A stretch of 64,000 bases of DNA from Candidatus Woesebacteria bacterium (GCA_016432525.1 CP066693.1:721639-785638); one strand, 5' to 3'; shown: positions 1 to 10,034, numbered from the stretch's first letter. Program-made: numbers and translations. The notes: generated by a model from the letters alone, not told the origin.

Positions 1-53
1 AAATAATAAACCTCAAAAATCAAGCACTTGCTCAAATAACCGAGATAGACAAC

Positions 54-1016
54 TTGGAGGACCTCAAAGATCTACAGATTACCTATTTAGGCCGAAACGG
101 CCGCCTTTCAAAACTCATCAAAAAAATCAAGGAAGTTAAAGGTGGGGATAAAAAAGAAATCGGAATTCAAATAAATCAAACAAAAAAAACTCTTCTCGAG
201 CTTATTGCCTCACAAAAACAAAAAATAAAATCTAAATCAAATACTGAATTTGACGAAACAGTTCCAGGGATTCTTCCACCTGTTGGAAATCTCCATTTGG
301 TAACCAAAGCAATTGAAGAGATTGCAAAGACTTTTAAAGCAATAGGTTTTTCGCAGGCTAGATATAACGAAGTGGAATGGGATTATTTTGGCTTTGAATC
401 CCTAAATTTTACTAAAGACCATCCAGCTCGTGATGATTGGGAAACTTTTTTCGTGGATGTGCCTGAAGATAAAAAGTTAGGCCCAATGATTTTAACTCCA
501 CATACATCATCAGGTCAGGTTAGAGAAATGAAAAGGGTAGGAACTCCTCCAATTAGAATGGTCAATATTGCAAAATGCTACAGAAGGCAAGCTGACGTTT
601 CTCATGTTCCCATGTTTCACCAGTTTGAAGGCTTGGTTGTAGATAAAAACATCTCAATTGTTAATCTAAAAGGAACCCTTGATTATTTTGCACAAAACTT
701 CTTTGGAGAGAGTCGAAAAACTCGTCTGAGGCCATATCATTTTCCATTCACTGAACCATCTTTTGAGGTTGATATTAGCTGCGATGTTTGTGAAGGTTCT
801 GGCTGCAAACTTTGTAAAGGTGGCTGGCTTGAACTTGGTGGAGCTGGAATGGTTCATCCAAACGTTCTAAGAAACGGCGGCATTGACCCTAAAATTTATT
901 CAGGATTTGCTTTTGGTTGGGGAGTTGAAAGAACTTACATGATGAAAGAAGGCTTAAAAATCCCAGATATTCGACTTTTGTATAGTAGTAATTTACAAAT
1001 TCTAAAACAATTCTAA
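54..1016 (+). CDS. pheS: Phenylalanine--tRNA ligase alpha subunit
   Basis: 320 aa. Class II aaRS motifs FPFTEPSFEVD and GWGVERTYMM, followed directly by pheT. Confidence 0.9.
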   Translation: MEDLKDLQITYLGRNGRLSKLIKKIKEVKGGDKKEIGIQINQTKKTLLELIASQKQKIKSKSNTEFDETVPGILPPVGNLHLVTKAIEEIAKTFKAIGFSQARYNEVEWDYFGFESLNFTKDHPARDDWETFFVDVPEDKKLGPMILTPHTSSGQVREMKRVGTPPIRMVNIAKCYRRQADVSHVPMFHQFEGLVVDKNISIVNLKGTLDYFAQNFFGESRKTRLRPYHFPFTEPSFEVDISCDVCEGSGCKLCKGGWLELGGAGMVHPNVLRNGGIDPKIYSGFAFGWGVERTYMMKEGLKIPDIRLLYSSNLQILKQF

Positions 1017-1017
1017 T

Positions 1018-2871
1018 ATGGATATATTAATTCCAGACAACTGGCTAAGAGATCACTTAAAAACTACTCTAAATTCAAAGGAAATTGCTAAATTTCTCTC
1101 TCTCTGCGGCCCTTCAGTCGAAAAAATTACAGGGACAGGAAAAAATCTTGCTTATCAAATTGAAATCACAACCAACAGAGTCGACTCTGCCTCTGTTTAT
1201 GGAATAGCTCGCGAAGCTTCTGCAATTCTTCCAAGATTTGGAGTAAAAGCGCATCTTGTGACATTAAAAACAAAATCCACTCAGAAATTAACCAAAAAAG
1301 TGGTTTACCTAAAGGTAAACATTGACGAAAAACTATGTTCCCGTTTCACAGCTTGCCTTGTCAAAAATGTAAAAATAGACACCTCTCCTAAATGGTTATC
1401 AGATAGATTAATTTTATCAGGCATTCGTCCACTCAATAATATTGTTGATATTTCAAATTACATCATGCTCGAATTAGGCCAACCAGTACATATGTTCGAC
1501 TATCAAAAAATACAAGGTTCGGAAATGAAACTGCGCTGTGCCAAAAAAGGGGAAACCATCCAAACTCTGGATGGGAAAATATATGAACTTAAAGAGAGCG
1601 ATATCGTTATTGAAGATGGAGGAAAGAAACTTATAGATCTTGCAGGGATAATGGGAGGGAACGCCTCAAAAATAGACGAAAAAACCCAAGACGTATTAGT
1701 TTTCGTTCAAACTTATAATCCAATAAATATCAGAAAAACTTCAATGAGATTAGGAGTGCGAACTCTGGCAGCAACCATTTTTGAAAAGGGTCCAGATTCA
1801 GCTGGTGTTGAAATTGCAGTAAGAAGAGCACTTGATCTAGTGGTAAAAATTGCAAAAGGAAAACCTGAGTCAAAAATCTTAGATATTTATGCCTCTTCTA
1901 AAAAGAAAAAAAGTATTTCAACATCTCTTGATTTCATTAACAAAAAACTAGGAGTTAACCTCACACCCAAAGAAATTTCTCAATGCCTCCAATCTCTTGG
2001 CTTTAATCCGGTTTGGCACAAAACTAATCTAGAAGTTGATATTCCCTCTTATCGCGCAAACGATATAGAAATAGAGGAAGATATTGTTGAAGAGGTCGCG
2101 CGCATTTTTGGCTATCATGCCTTGCCAAGTAAAATTATGGAAGGGGAAATTCCAACTTCCAAACAGGGTATAAATTTTGATTTTGAATATAACTTAAAAA
2201 ACACGTTAAAAGGATTTGGAGGAGTTGAAATCTATACCTTATCCTTAGTACCAAAATCGTTTGTGGGAAATGAAGCTTTAAAGCTTAAAAATCCATTAGG
2301 ATTAGATTCCCAATATTTAAGAACTTCTTTAAAACCTTCTCTTAGGCAAGCAGCAAATGAAAATCTTACATCAGGCAAATTTCATCTTTTTGAAATGGCA
2401 AATGTCTACTTACCAAATAAAAACAACTTACCAGAAGAAAAACTAACTCTTGCCGGTATTTTTTCAGATTTCTCATATCGTGAGGCAAAAGGAATTTTAG
2501 AAGCATTGCTTCTCTCAATAAATTCCAAAGAAAAAATCAATCTGAAGGCAATCTCAGACTCAAAACTATATTATTATGAATTTGATGTTGTCTCTCTTGA
2601 AAAATCAATCCATCTAAAAAGATTTATTGCACCCAAAAAGTTTCCTTCTCAAATTGAAGATATTACCGTCTCATTTAGCGAAAAACCAAAAGTAGGGGAG
2701 ATTATAGAAAAAATTCTTAAGCTTGACGGGCAAATTGAAAAAGTAGAATTTATTGATCTTTACAAAAACTCCTATACTTTTAGAATCTCTTATCGAAATG
2801 AAAACAAAACATTGACCAATAAAGAGGTAGAAAAAATAAGGGAAAAGATCTTAAAAAGATTTTATTCTTGA
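1018..2871 (+). CDS. pheT: Phenylalanine--tRNA ligase beta subunit (short form)
   Basis: 617 aa, starting 2 nt after pheS. B3/B4 and B5 domain-like regions. About 180 aa shorter than typical bacterial PheT. Confidence 0.8.
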   Translation: MDILIPDNWLRDHLKTTLNSKEIAKFLSLCGPSVEKITGTGKNLAYQIEITTNRVDSASVYGIAREASAILPRFGVKAHLVTLKTKSTQKLTKKVVYLKVNIDEKLCSRFTACLVKNVKIDTSPKWLSDRLILSGIRPLNNIVDISNYIMLELGQPVHMFDYQKIQGSEMKLRCAKKGETIQTLDGKIYELKESDIVIEDGGKKLIDLAGIMGGNASKIDEKTQDVLVFVQTYNPINIRKTSMRLGVRTLAATIFEKGPDSAGVEIAVRRALDLVVKIAKGKPESKILDIYASSKKKKSISTSLDFINKKLGVNLTPKEISQCLQSLGFNPVWHKTNLEVDIPSYRANDIEIEEDIVEEVARIFGYHALPSKIMEGEIPTSKQGINFDFEYNLKNTLKGFGGVEIYTLSLVPKSFVGNEALKLKNPLGLDSQYLRTSLKPSLRQAANENLTSGKFHLFEMANVYLPNKNNLPEEKLTLAGIFSDFSYREAKGILEALLLSINSKEKINLKAISDSKLYYYEFDVVSLEKSIHLKRFIAPKKFPSQIEDITVSFSEKPKVGEIIEKILKLDGQIEKVEFIDLYKNSYTFRISYRNENKTLTNKEVEKIREKILKRFYS

Positions 2872-3291
2872 AGCAACCTCATTTCTTATTTGAGGCATTC
2901 TCTCCTGTAAATATCCCTCTAATTCAGATCCAGCAATGTCGTAAATTTCCCCAAGCTCAGCTTGCCTTTCTTCTGGCGCGATAATCCTAGCCGCATCCAT
3001 AAGCCATAGCGCTTTTGCCATATTATCAATTTCTTCTTTTGGCTCCTTGGTAATAGCTAAACCATAAACACTACCGTTTAACTCGTCTATTATTCTTTCT
3101 CTCTTATCTTTTTTCTTTTGAACTTCATCATTTCTCTTTCTCATAGCTTCTTCAAATTTTCCCGCCTGCTTCAAATCTCTAATATATCTTCTAACGCTTT
3201 TCGGTAAACGAGGATCCTTCTCTTGAAGTAAAGCTTCAATTTCTTGGGTAGAAAAACCTTGTTCTTCTTCTTTGTTATGTTCTCTCTTCAT
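2851..3291 (-). CDS. Hypothetical charged protein
   Basis: 146-aa ORF convergent with pheT, overlapping it by 21 nt. Lys/Glu-rich, no recognisable motif. Confidence 0.3.
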   Translation of the reverse strand: MKREHNKEEEQGFSTQEIEALLQEKDPRLPKSVRRYIRDLKQAGKFEEAMRKRNDEVQKKKDKRERIIDELNGSVYGLAITKEPKEEIDNMAKALWLMDAARIIAPEERQAELGEIYDIAGSELEGYLQERMPQIRNEVASRIKSF

Positions 3292-3313
3292 AAGAACATC
3301 TTAACATACCAAT

Positions 3314-5923
3314 TCAAGGAGTTGGGATTGGACTCGGAGCAGGGCTAGGTACACTATCCCAATTCGTATTTACTCCAATTGTAATCACACGATCAGATTG
3401 GTTGTTGTTAGCATCATGTCCAATAGCACGAAGACTGTGAACTCCATTTGCTAAATTTACATTATATTCATATGGAAGAGATGAAAACGAGCGTACTTTA
3501 ACTCCATCTATCTCCAAATCTAAAAGCGCAATATCACTTATAGATTGTGCCTTTACCTTTATCGTAAAGTTGTTGGAAAGATTTGAAGCACGGTCAGTTG
3601 GATTTATAAATTCAACATTTAAAGGATTTGCAGTTCCACAAAAATCACTTGGTGGATGATATTTTGAGTCAGTTTGAGTGTTCAACCAGTTTAAAACTCC
3701 TTCTTGCCATTGGTTCTTTCCTCCAGGGGCTGCAGTTGGATCTTCCTCTTTGAACTTAAAAAATTCACGATTATCGAAGTTGTTTGCAGCAACGTCAGAA
3801 GGCGTTGCCAATTTTCCATCGTTTTTACAAATCTTTAAATTAACATGAATAGGATCATCAGAAGTAGGCTCAGTCCCTTTTATAAAATACTCCTGCCTTG
3901 AAGGAAATCCATCATGAGCCTTATACCCAGACACAGTATCAACATCCATGGTAATAACATCGTCTGGCTTTTTAAAAGAAACAACAGGTTTATCTTTTAA
4001 GCCTTCAATTAAAATTCTTCTCCAAATAGGGGAGGCTCCAGTTACTCCTGATGCAACCTGAAGCATTTCAGAATTATCATTATTTCCAACCCAAACTCCA
4101 ACAAGTCTTTGAGTATCTCCACCAATCGTCCAATTATCTCTTTTATCGTTGGTTGTTCCAGTTTTTACAGCAATTTGTCGTCCTGGAATATTTAATAGTG
4201 AATTAAGTCCAAAAACAGTTTCACGAGCATGATTATCAGACAAAATATCATCAATCAAAAAAGCCTCAGACTCAGTAATAACCCTTTTACCTTTGGTTGG
4301 AGTGTTATTTTCCAAAACTCTCCCTGAAGAGTCCTCAACTTTAAGAATCGATGTTGGTTCAACCCGTGATCCACCATTCAAAAAAATTGAATAGGCATCC
4401 GTAAGCTCTAAAAGTTTCACATCTCCACCTCCCAAAGTCAGTGAAAGTCCAACTCTATTCAAAGTATCCTGTGTTGGTGGAAGAGTGGTTACTCCAGCAT
4501 CATAAGCTGTCTCTAAAACATCTTTAATTCCCACCAAAGCAAGGGTCTTTACAGCAACAATATTGATAGAATTTCCAAGTGCGTATCTGATTTGCATAGG
4601 CCCTCTATATTTTCCATCATAATTAACAGGCTTATAATCAGGATTATCTGCTCCTCCTGGAAAAGTAGTTGGAACATCCATAATCATCGAAGCAGGAGTG
4701 TAACCTTTCTTAAAAGCAGTAACATAAGTAAAAGGTTTAAAAGAAGATCCAGGTTGCCTTAGAGAAGTCGTCACGTTTACTTGTCCATCATAATCTTTTG
4801 CAGCAAAATCTTTTGATCCAACCATTGCAAGAATTTCCCCAGTTTGAGGATCAATCACAACAGCCGCTCCATTTGTTATATGAAGATCATTAACCTTTGA
4901 AATCTCATCTGCTACTATCTGTTGAGCTTTTTCTTGTAAAGACAAATCCAAGGTTGTTGTAACTTTTAATCCTCCTTGTCCAACCACATTCTCCCCATAT
5001 CTATCCTCCAAAATCTTTTGTACATATTGGACAAAATGCGGTGCCTTGAAACTTGCTCCTTGAGGTTGAAATTGTAAATCCGCCAACTGATCATCAGCAC
5101 TTTTTTCCTGATCGCTTGTTATATAGCCATCCTCTCTCATTCTTCTTAAAACTGCTTTCGTCCTATCAATATAAGCCTTTGGGGCACTTGAATAAGGGGA
5201 ATAATAAGATGGCCTTTGTGGAAGTCCCGCCAAAAATGCAGACTCAACCAAATTCAAATCCTTTACTTTCTTGCCAAAATAAGTCTCCGATGCTGCCTCA
5301 ACTCCCCAAGCAGTACCTCCATATGGAGCCTCGTTTAAATACATTTGAAGTATCTGATCTTTACTGTATTTTCTTTCAATCTGGATAGACAAAAGAAGTT
5401 CTTTCACTTTCCTAGAAACTGTCTGCTCAGAAGACAAAAGTACATTTTTAACAAGCTGTTGTGTAAGAGTCGAACCGCTTTGAAGCTGGTGATATCTAAC
5501 AATGTTATATATAGCCCTCAAAATTCCTTTTGGATCAAAACCTTGATGCTGGTAAAAATTTTTATCTTCTATTGAAACAGTTGCCTTCTTTAAATATTCA
5601 GGAATATCTGAAAAACTAACAGGTGTTCTTCTCTCGTTTGTAAAAATATCATACAAAACTGCTCCATTACGATCTAAAATTTTTGTAGAAAATCCCTCAC
5701 GCCTCACAACTTGATCGGGCGATGGAAGATTTACAGTCAAAACAGGGATAGCAATCAAAATAGCTAAAACCACTGCAAAAACCAACAGAAACCCAAATTT
5801 TGCAAATTTTGCAATTCTTTTAGCTCTAACAGTAGATTCTGGTAAATAAGAGGATGAAGTTGAAGAATACGCTCCTGAATAATATCTAGATCGTTTTCTT
5901 CTCCTCAGATAATCTCTCCACAT
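3314..5923 (-). CDS. Class A penicillin-binding protein (glycosyltransferase GT51 + transpeptidase) with C-terminal extension
   Basis: 869 aa. N-terminal TM. GT51 motifs EDKNFYQHQGFD and RKVKE. Transpeptidase SxxK (SSFKPF) and KTGT. Pro-rich C-terminal tail. Confidence 0.85.
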   Translation of the reverse strand: MWRDYLRRRKRSRYYSGAYSSTSSSYLPESTVRAKRIAKFAKFGFLLVFAVVLAILIAIPVLTVNLPSPDQVVRREGFSTKILDRNGAVLYDIFTNERRTPVSFSDIPEYLKKATVSIEDKNFYQHQGFDPKGILRAIYNIVRYHQLQSGSTLTQQLVKNVLLSSEQTVSRKVKELLLSIQIERKYSKDQILQMYLNEAPYGGTAWGVEAASETYFGKKVKDLNLVESAFLAGLPQRPSYYSPYSSAPKAYIDRTKAVLRRMREDGYITSDQEKSADDQLADLQFQPQGASFKAPHFVQYVQKILEDRYGENVVGQGGLKVTTTLDLSLQEKAQQIVADEISKVNDLHITNGAAVVIDPQTGEILAMVGSKDFAAKDYDGQVNVTTSLRQPGSSFKPFTYVTAFKKGYTPASMIMDVPTTFPGGADNPDYKPVNYDGKYRGPMQIRYALGNSINIVAVKTLALVGIKDVLETAYDAGVTTLPPTQDTLNRVGLSLTLGGGDVKLLELTDAYSIFLNGGSRVEPTSILKVEDSSGRVLENNTPTKGKRVITESEAFLIDDILSDNHARETVFGLNSLLNIPGRQIAVKTGTTNDKRDNWTIGGDTQRLVGVWVGNNDNSEMLQVASGVTGASPIWRRILIEGLKDKPVVSFKKPDDVITMDVDTVSGYKAHDGFPSRQEYFIKGTEPTSDDPIHVNLKICKNDGKLATPSDVAANNFDNREFFKFKEEDPTAAPGGKNQWQEGVLNWLNTQTDSKYHPPSDFCGTANPLNVEFINPTDRASNLSNNFTIKVKAQSISDIALLDLEIDGVKVRSFSSLPYEYNVNLANGVHSLRAIGHDANNNQSDRVITIGVNTNWDSVPSPAPSPIPTP

Positions 5924-6175
5924 CTATTAGGAAATTTTAGCACAATTTCAATGAGATATCTTGACAATAACTATAAGTTTGATAAAATAGGGTTCAGAAT
6001 TATTATTTTAATTCTTGATAGCAATATTAAGACCAGGTCAAAGGCGACCTGAGTTCAAAAATAATTTTTCTAAGTAAATTTAAAAGAGAAGGGAGGGGAA
6101 CCCAATATATTACTTGCAAACAAGTACAAAAAGTTTCCCTCCCAACTCAGATTCATTTTCCTCTAATTTTTCTTC

Positions 6176-6205
6176 TTGACGTATCCCTTGCAAAGAAAAT
6201 AAAAT
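6176..6205 (+). promoter_or_regulatory. Candidate sigma70-type promoter (TTGACG - 18 nt - TAAAAT)
   Basis: Read directly from the sequence. Would start a transcript near 6212. Confidence 0.3.
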
Positions 6206-6211
6206 AACTTT

Positions 6212-6425
6212 TAAGCGCTTTAGCTGCATGACACCGAAAGGAGTCACCTTATGCCAGTTAAGCGCGAGGCGTCTTTTTTTGGTAGCACAAAAGGTAGGCC
6301 CATATGACAGGACGCAAACGCCGCGTTTTCAAGCCACCGTAGTGCACAGGGGACGAGTGTAAAAAACACAGTTTGGATAATATCCTTATCTGGTTACAAA
6401 ATCCACTCGCCCCCTAATTTTTTTC
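6212..6425 (+). ncRNA. Candidate small structured RNA or leader (unassigned)
   Basis: GC-enriched segment in AT-rich surroundings. Contains a long imperfect hairpin capped by a GAAA tetraloop (6216-6265) and an 18-codon ORF with GGAG 7 nt upstream (6253-6309). Ends in a GC stem plus U-tract terminator. Confidence 0.3.
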
Positions 6426-6428
6426 TTG
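6349..6428 (+). terminator. Intrinsic terminator-like hairpin (GGGGACGAGUG ... CACUCGCCCCC) followed by UAAUUUUUUUCUU
   Basis: 11-bp GC-rich stem with one mismatch and a ~44-nt loop containing a small internal hairpin. U-rich tract lies immediately 3'. Confidence 0.45.
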
Positions 6429-6455
6429 CAATCCAATAATTTTCTGATATAATTT
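6426..6455 (+). promoter_or_regulatory. Candidate promoter TTGCAA - 16 nt - TATAAT
   Basis: Perfect -10 hexamer. Would start a structured GC-rich RNA (6462 to about 6640) upstream of tyrS. Confidence 0.4.
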
Positions 6456-6745
6456 CTCTATCAGCCTTTCGCTGTATTTCAAAGGAGCGTGTGGTGGTGG
6501 ACCACAAAATGCTAATTGAACCCGGGAAGGCGAAAAAGGGGCCAATTATCAACTAACGCGATATAAAACACGACTCGGAGAGGACAAAAAAACGCTTGGC
6601 CGCCCCACCACAAAAAAGCGCTATTTGTTCTCTCCACTTCATTCCGACTTTCCTAATATACAAATTTCAAAATTTAATTAATAATTACTAAAACCGTGCC
6701 TCACATCTTCTTTTAAATAAATCCCTTCTAGGTTAGAATATACTC

Positions 6746-7891
6746 ATGGACAAAATTGATGAAATTTTAAACCAGGGAGTAGAAAATGTAATTCCTTCCA
6801 AAGAAAGACTAAAAGAAATATTGCTTTCTGGAAAAAAATTAAATATCTATCTTGGAATTGACCCCACCGCAACAAAAATACACCTAGGTCACGCTGTACA
6901 ACTTAGGCGCTTACAAAGCTTTGCAGATTTAGGTCATAAGGTTACTTTCCTCATTGGTGACTTTACGGCTCTTATAGGAGACACATCAGATAAAGACAAA
7001 GAGCGCCCCGTTCTTAGTTCAGAACAGATTCAAGAAAATTTCAAAACATACAAAAAACAGGCAGAAAAAATTTTAGATTTTTCAAAAATAGATGTTAAGT
7101 TTAATAGCCAGTGGTTGGAAAAATTAAACTTAAAAGATTTAATAAAACTTACCCAACATTTTTCTTTTGGAGATTTTGCAAGTAGAGAACTAATCAAAAA
7201 TAGGCTTCAATCTGGAAAAAAGGTAGGTCTTCATGAAGCTTTATATCCAGTATTACAAGGCTATGATAGTTACTTTATGGATACGGATATTCAAATAGGG
7301 GGTACTGATCAAACATTTAACATGCAGGCAGGACGTACTCTTCAAAAAGATTTAAGAGAGAAAGAGTCTTTTGTTATTACTACATCCTTTTTAATGGGAA
7401 CTGATGGAAGAAAAATGAGCAAGAGTGAAGGAAATGCCATCTGGCTAGAAGATAGTCCTGAGGAAATGTATGGAAAAATTATGTCAATAAAAGACGAATT
7501 AATCCATTCATATTTCATTCTCGCAACTAGCCTTCCACTTGCTGAAGTAGAAAAAATTGAAAAAGAAGATCCATTGTATCAAAAGACTAAACTGGCGGAG
7601 ACAATCGTCAACGAACTCCACAACAAAGATGAAGCCCAAAAGGCAAAAGAAAATTTTAAAAAAATTTTCCAAGAGAAAAAAAGAGAGTTTATTCCAATAC
7701 ACAACCTTGGTACATTACAAGAAGTAGTTGCTCCATACACCTCTCTTGCTACAATTTCTGACGCTAAAAGACTTATATATCAAGGAGGTGTAGATCTAAA
7801 TGGTCAAACAATCAAAGACCCCAAACATCAGCTATCTGTTGGAGATGAGCTAATCATTGGAAAAAGGACTTTTATTAAAATAGAAAAATGA
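6746..7891 (+). CDS. tyrS: Tyrosine--tRNA ligase
   Basis: 381 aa. HIGH-type motif HLGH, KMSKS present, GGTDQ, C-terminal S4-like domain (LIYQGGVDLNG). Confidence 0.85.
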   Translation: MDKIDEILNQGVENVIPSKERLKEILLSGKKLNIYLGIDPTATKIHLGHAVQLRRLQSFADLGHKVTFLIGDFTALIGDTSDKDKERPVLSSEQIQENFKTYKKQAEKILDFSKIDVKFNSQWLEKLNLKDLIKLTQHFSFGDFASRELIKNRLQSGKKVGLHEALYPVLQGYDSYFMDTDIQIGGTDQTFNMQAGRTLQKDLREKESFVITTSFLMGTDGRKMSKSEGNAIWLEDSPEEMYGKIMSIKDELIHSYFILATSLPLAEVEKIEKEDPLYQKTKLAETIVNELHNKDEAQKAKENFKKIFQEKKREFIPIHNLGTLQEVVAPYTSLATISDAKRLIYQGGVDLNGQTIKDPKHQLSVGDELIIGKRTFIKIEK

Positions 7892-8016
7892 AAAAATATC
7901 AAACTTACAAAACTTCCAAGAAAAGCAAAATAATCAAAATTATTGTAATAGGAGGAGGTCTTCTTCTGGTAATTGCCTCTTTCCTGCCATTTTTACCTTA
8001 CTTTTTAGGATATTAA
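7888..8016 (+). CDS. Small membrane protein (42 aa)
   Basis: Fills the tyrS-recG gap exactly with coupled overlaps (ATGA with the tyrS stop, TAATG with the recG start). K-rich N-terminus then one hydrophobic helix. Not in the ORF track because it is under 60 aa. Confidence 0.3.
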   Translation: MKKYQTYKTSKKSKIIKIIVIGGGLLLVIASFLPFLPYFLGY

Positions 8017-10034
8017 TGGATCTAAGCCAAAGGATTACAACAGTTGAAGGTATTGGTGAAGTATTTGAAAAAAAACTTAAAAACCTTGAGATTTCCAAGG
8101 TTTCAGATCTTTTATATCATATCCCTTTTCGTTACGAAGATTTAACTCAAAAAGTTAAAATCAGAGGTTTAAAAGTAGGGGAAACAGCAACTTTTGTAGC
8201 CCAAGTTTTATCAATCCAAAATATTTTTACAAAATCTGGCAAAAAAATTCAGCTAGCTGTTGTCTCTGACGGAGAATCAGAAATCAATCTTATTTGGTTT
8301 AACCAGCTTTATCTAATCAAAAATCTTCCAATAGGAACGAGCATTTCAGTTTCAGGAAAACTTTCATTTTGGAATAGAAAAAGAGCAATTTTTGCGCCAA
8401 TTTATGAAAAAATAGTTCCAAATTTCGAAAATCTTCACACAGGTCGTTTAGTTCCAGTTTATCCAGAAACAGCCGGTGTTACTTCTAAAAGGCTTAGACA
8501 GATTATTAAAAAATTACTAAAACAAATAGATCCTAATGATTTAAAAGATTTTATTCCCGAAATGGATCTGAAAGATTTAAACTTTCCATCTCTTTTTGAC
8601 TCAATCCAAAAAATTCACTTCCCAAAAAATAAGGATGAAGCAGTTACCTCAAGAAGACGTCTGGCATTCAACGAACTTTTGAGTTTACATCTTGAAAGTG
8701 AAAATAAAAAAAAGGCTTGGCAAAAGAAAAAAAGTTCTCATGTTTTAAAAACAAATCAAAACGATTTAAATAAATTTATTAGAAATCTTGATTTTGACCT
8801 TACTCCATCACAGGCACGCTCAATCAAGGAAATATCATCTGATTTAAAAAATAAAATCCCAATGAATCGTCTCTTGGAAGGAGATGTCGGCTCAGGAAAA
8901 ACAATAATTGCGGCAATAGCTGCGTTTTTGACACACAAAAATAATTTACAGTCTGTTCTCATGGCTCCAACACAAATTCTGGCACACCAGCACTTTCAAA
9001 CATTTTCAAAAATATTTGAAGGAAAAAATCTCAAAATTTCCTTAATTACATCAGCTAACGTAGAAGAAAACGCCAAAGATTCAGATATCTTTATAGGAAC
9101 TCACGCTCTGATTTACAAGAAAGTGGATTTTAAAAATGTCGGACTTGTGGTTATTGACGAACAACACCGTTTTGGAGTTGCCCAAAGATTAAAACTTCTA
9201 GAAAAATCAGAAAAAGGAAAATATAGCCCTCACATTCTAACAATGACAGCAACCCCAATCCCTAGAACTGTTGCATTAACTTTGTATGGAGATTTAGATC
9301 TCTCAACTCTTGATGAAATGCCAAAGGGACGGATTAAAGTTACAACTTGGGTTGTTCCTCCGAAAAAAAGGGCCGCAGGATATAAATGGATAAATGATCA
9401 AATTGAAAAAGAAAAAATTCAAGCGTTTGTAGTTTGTCCTTTAATAGAGCTGTCCGAAAAAGATACAATGAAAGAAGTAAAAGCTGCAACAGTCGAATTT
9501 GCAAATCTCAAAAAAATTTTCAAAACCAGGCGCCTTGCCCTTCTTCATGGAAGGCTAAAATCTGAAGAGAAAACTAAGATTCTCGATAATTTTAAAAATG
9601 GGTCAATCGATATTTTAGTTTCAACTCCTGTTGTTGAAGTAGGGATAGATGTCCCAAATGCAACTATCATGGTAATAGAAGGAGCCGAAAGATTCGGACT
9701 TTCACAGTTACATCAATTAAGAGGAAGGGTAGGTCGGGGGTCTAAAAAGTCATTCTGTCTTTTAATGACTGAATCAAAATCTCCCAAAGTTAAAACTCGT
9801 CTTAATGCTTTAACTCGAGAAATCTCTGGAAGAAAATTAGCCGAAATTGATCTTAATCTGCGTGGCCCCGGCGAAATATTTGGTCTAAAACAATCAGGTT
9901 TCAGAGAACTTAAAATTGCCAATTGGGCAGATATTGATTTAATAAAAAGTTCCAAAAGCTATGCCCAAAAAATCGTCACTAGTCCAAAAAAATACAAAAC
10001 ACTGTTATCTAAACTAATAATTGCCTCAAACTAG
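8016..10034 (+). CDS. recG: ATP-dependent DNA helicase RecG
   Basis: 672 aa. N-terminal wedge/OB region. SF2 helicase motifs GDVGSGKT, VIDEQHRFGV, TATPIPRT and QLHQLRGRVGRG. Confidence 0.9.
   Translation: MDLSQRITTVEGIGEVFEKKLKNLEISKVSDLLYHIPFRYEDLTQKVKIRGLKVGETATFVAQVLSIQNIFTKSGKKIQLAVVSDGESEINLIWFNQLYLIKNLPIGTSISVSGKLSFWNRKRAIFAPIYEKIVPNFENLHTGRLVPVYPETAGVTSKRLRQIIKKLLKQIDPNDLKDFIPEMDLKDLNFPSLFDSIQKIHFPKNKDEAVTSRRRLAFNELLSLHLESENKKKAWQKKKSSHVLKTNQNDLNKFIRNLDFDLTPSQARSIKEISSDLKNKIPMNRLLEGDVGSGKTIIAAIAAFLTHKNNLQSVLMAPTQILAHQHFQTFSKIFEGKNLKISLITSANVEENAKDSDIFIGTHALIYKKVDFKNVGLVVIDEQHRFGVAQRLKLLEKSEKGKYSPHILTMTATPIPRTVALTLYGDLDLSTLDEMPKGRIKVTTWVVPPKKRAAGYKWINDQIEKEKIQAFVVCPLIELSEKDTMKEVKAATVEFANLKKIFKTRRLALLHGRLKSEEKTKILDNFKNGSIDILVSTPVVEVGIDVPNATIMVIEGAERFGLSQLHQLRGRVGRGSKKSFCLLMTESKSPKVKTRLNALTREISGRKLAEIDLNLRGPGEIFGLKQSGFRELKIANWADIDLIKSSKSYAQKIVTSPKKYKTLLSKLIIASN

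Noticed and set aside
5053-5575. Plus-strand ORFs 5053-5388 and 5345-5575
   Set aside because: Lie entirely antisense within the well-supported PBP gene. Low-complexity, spurious.
6205-6235. GCU UUA GCU GCA UGA (…ALAA stop) resembling a tmRNA tag-reading-frame end
   Set aside because: No tRNA-like domain: there is no GGGG…/…CCCC acceptor pairing with a T-arm, and an in-frame UAA lies 4 codons upstream. The putative RNA ends in an ordinary terminator about 190 nt later, too short for tmRNA.
6421-6660. Minus strand begins GGAAAGUCGG…, reminiscent of the RNase P RNA CR-I (GGAAAGUCCGGGCU)
   Set aside because: No P1-P3 helices upstream (that sequence is AT-rich and unstructured), no matching CCGGCUUA P4 partner and no CR-II/CR-III motifs. 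Kept only as part of the generic structured-RNA finding.
6462-6745. T-box riboswitch leader for tyrS
   Set aside because: No AAUUAGGGUGGNACCGCG T-box sequence and no specifier loop with a UAC/UAU context found. tyrS looks leaderless or short-leadered.
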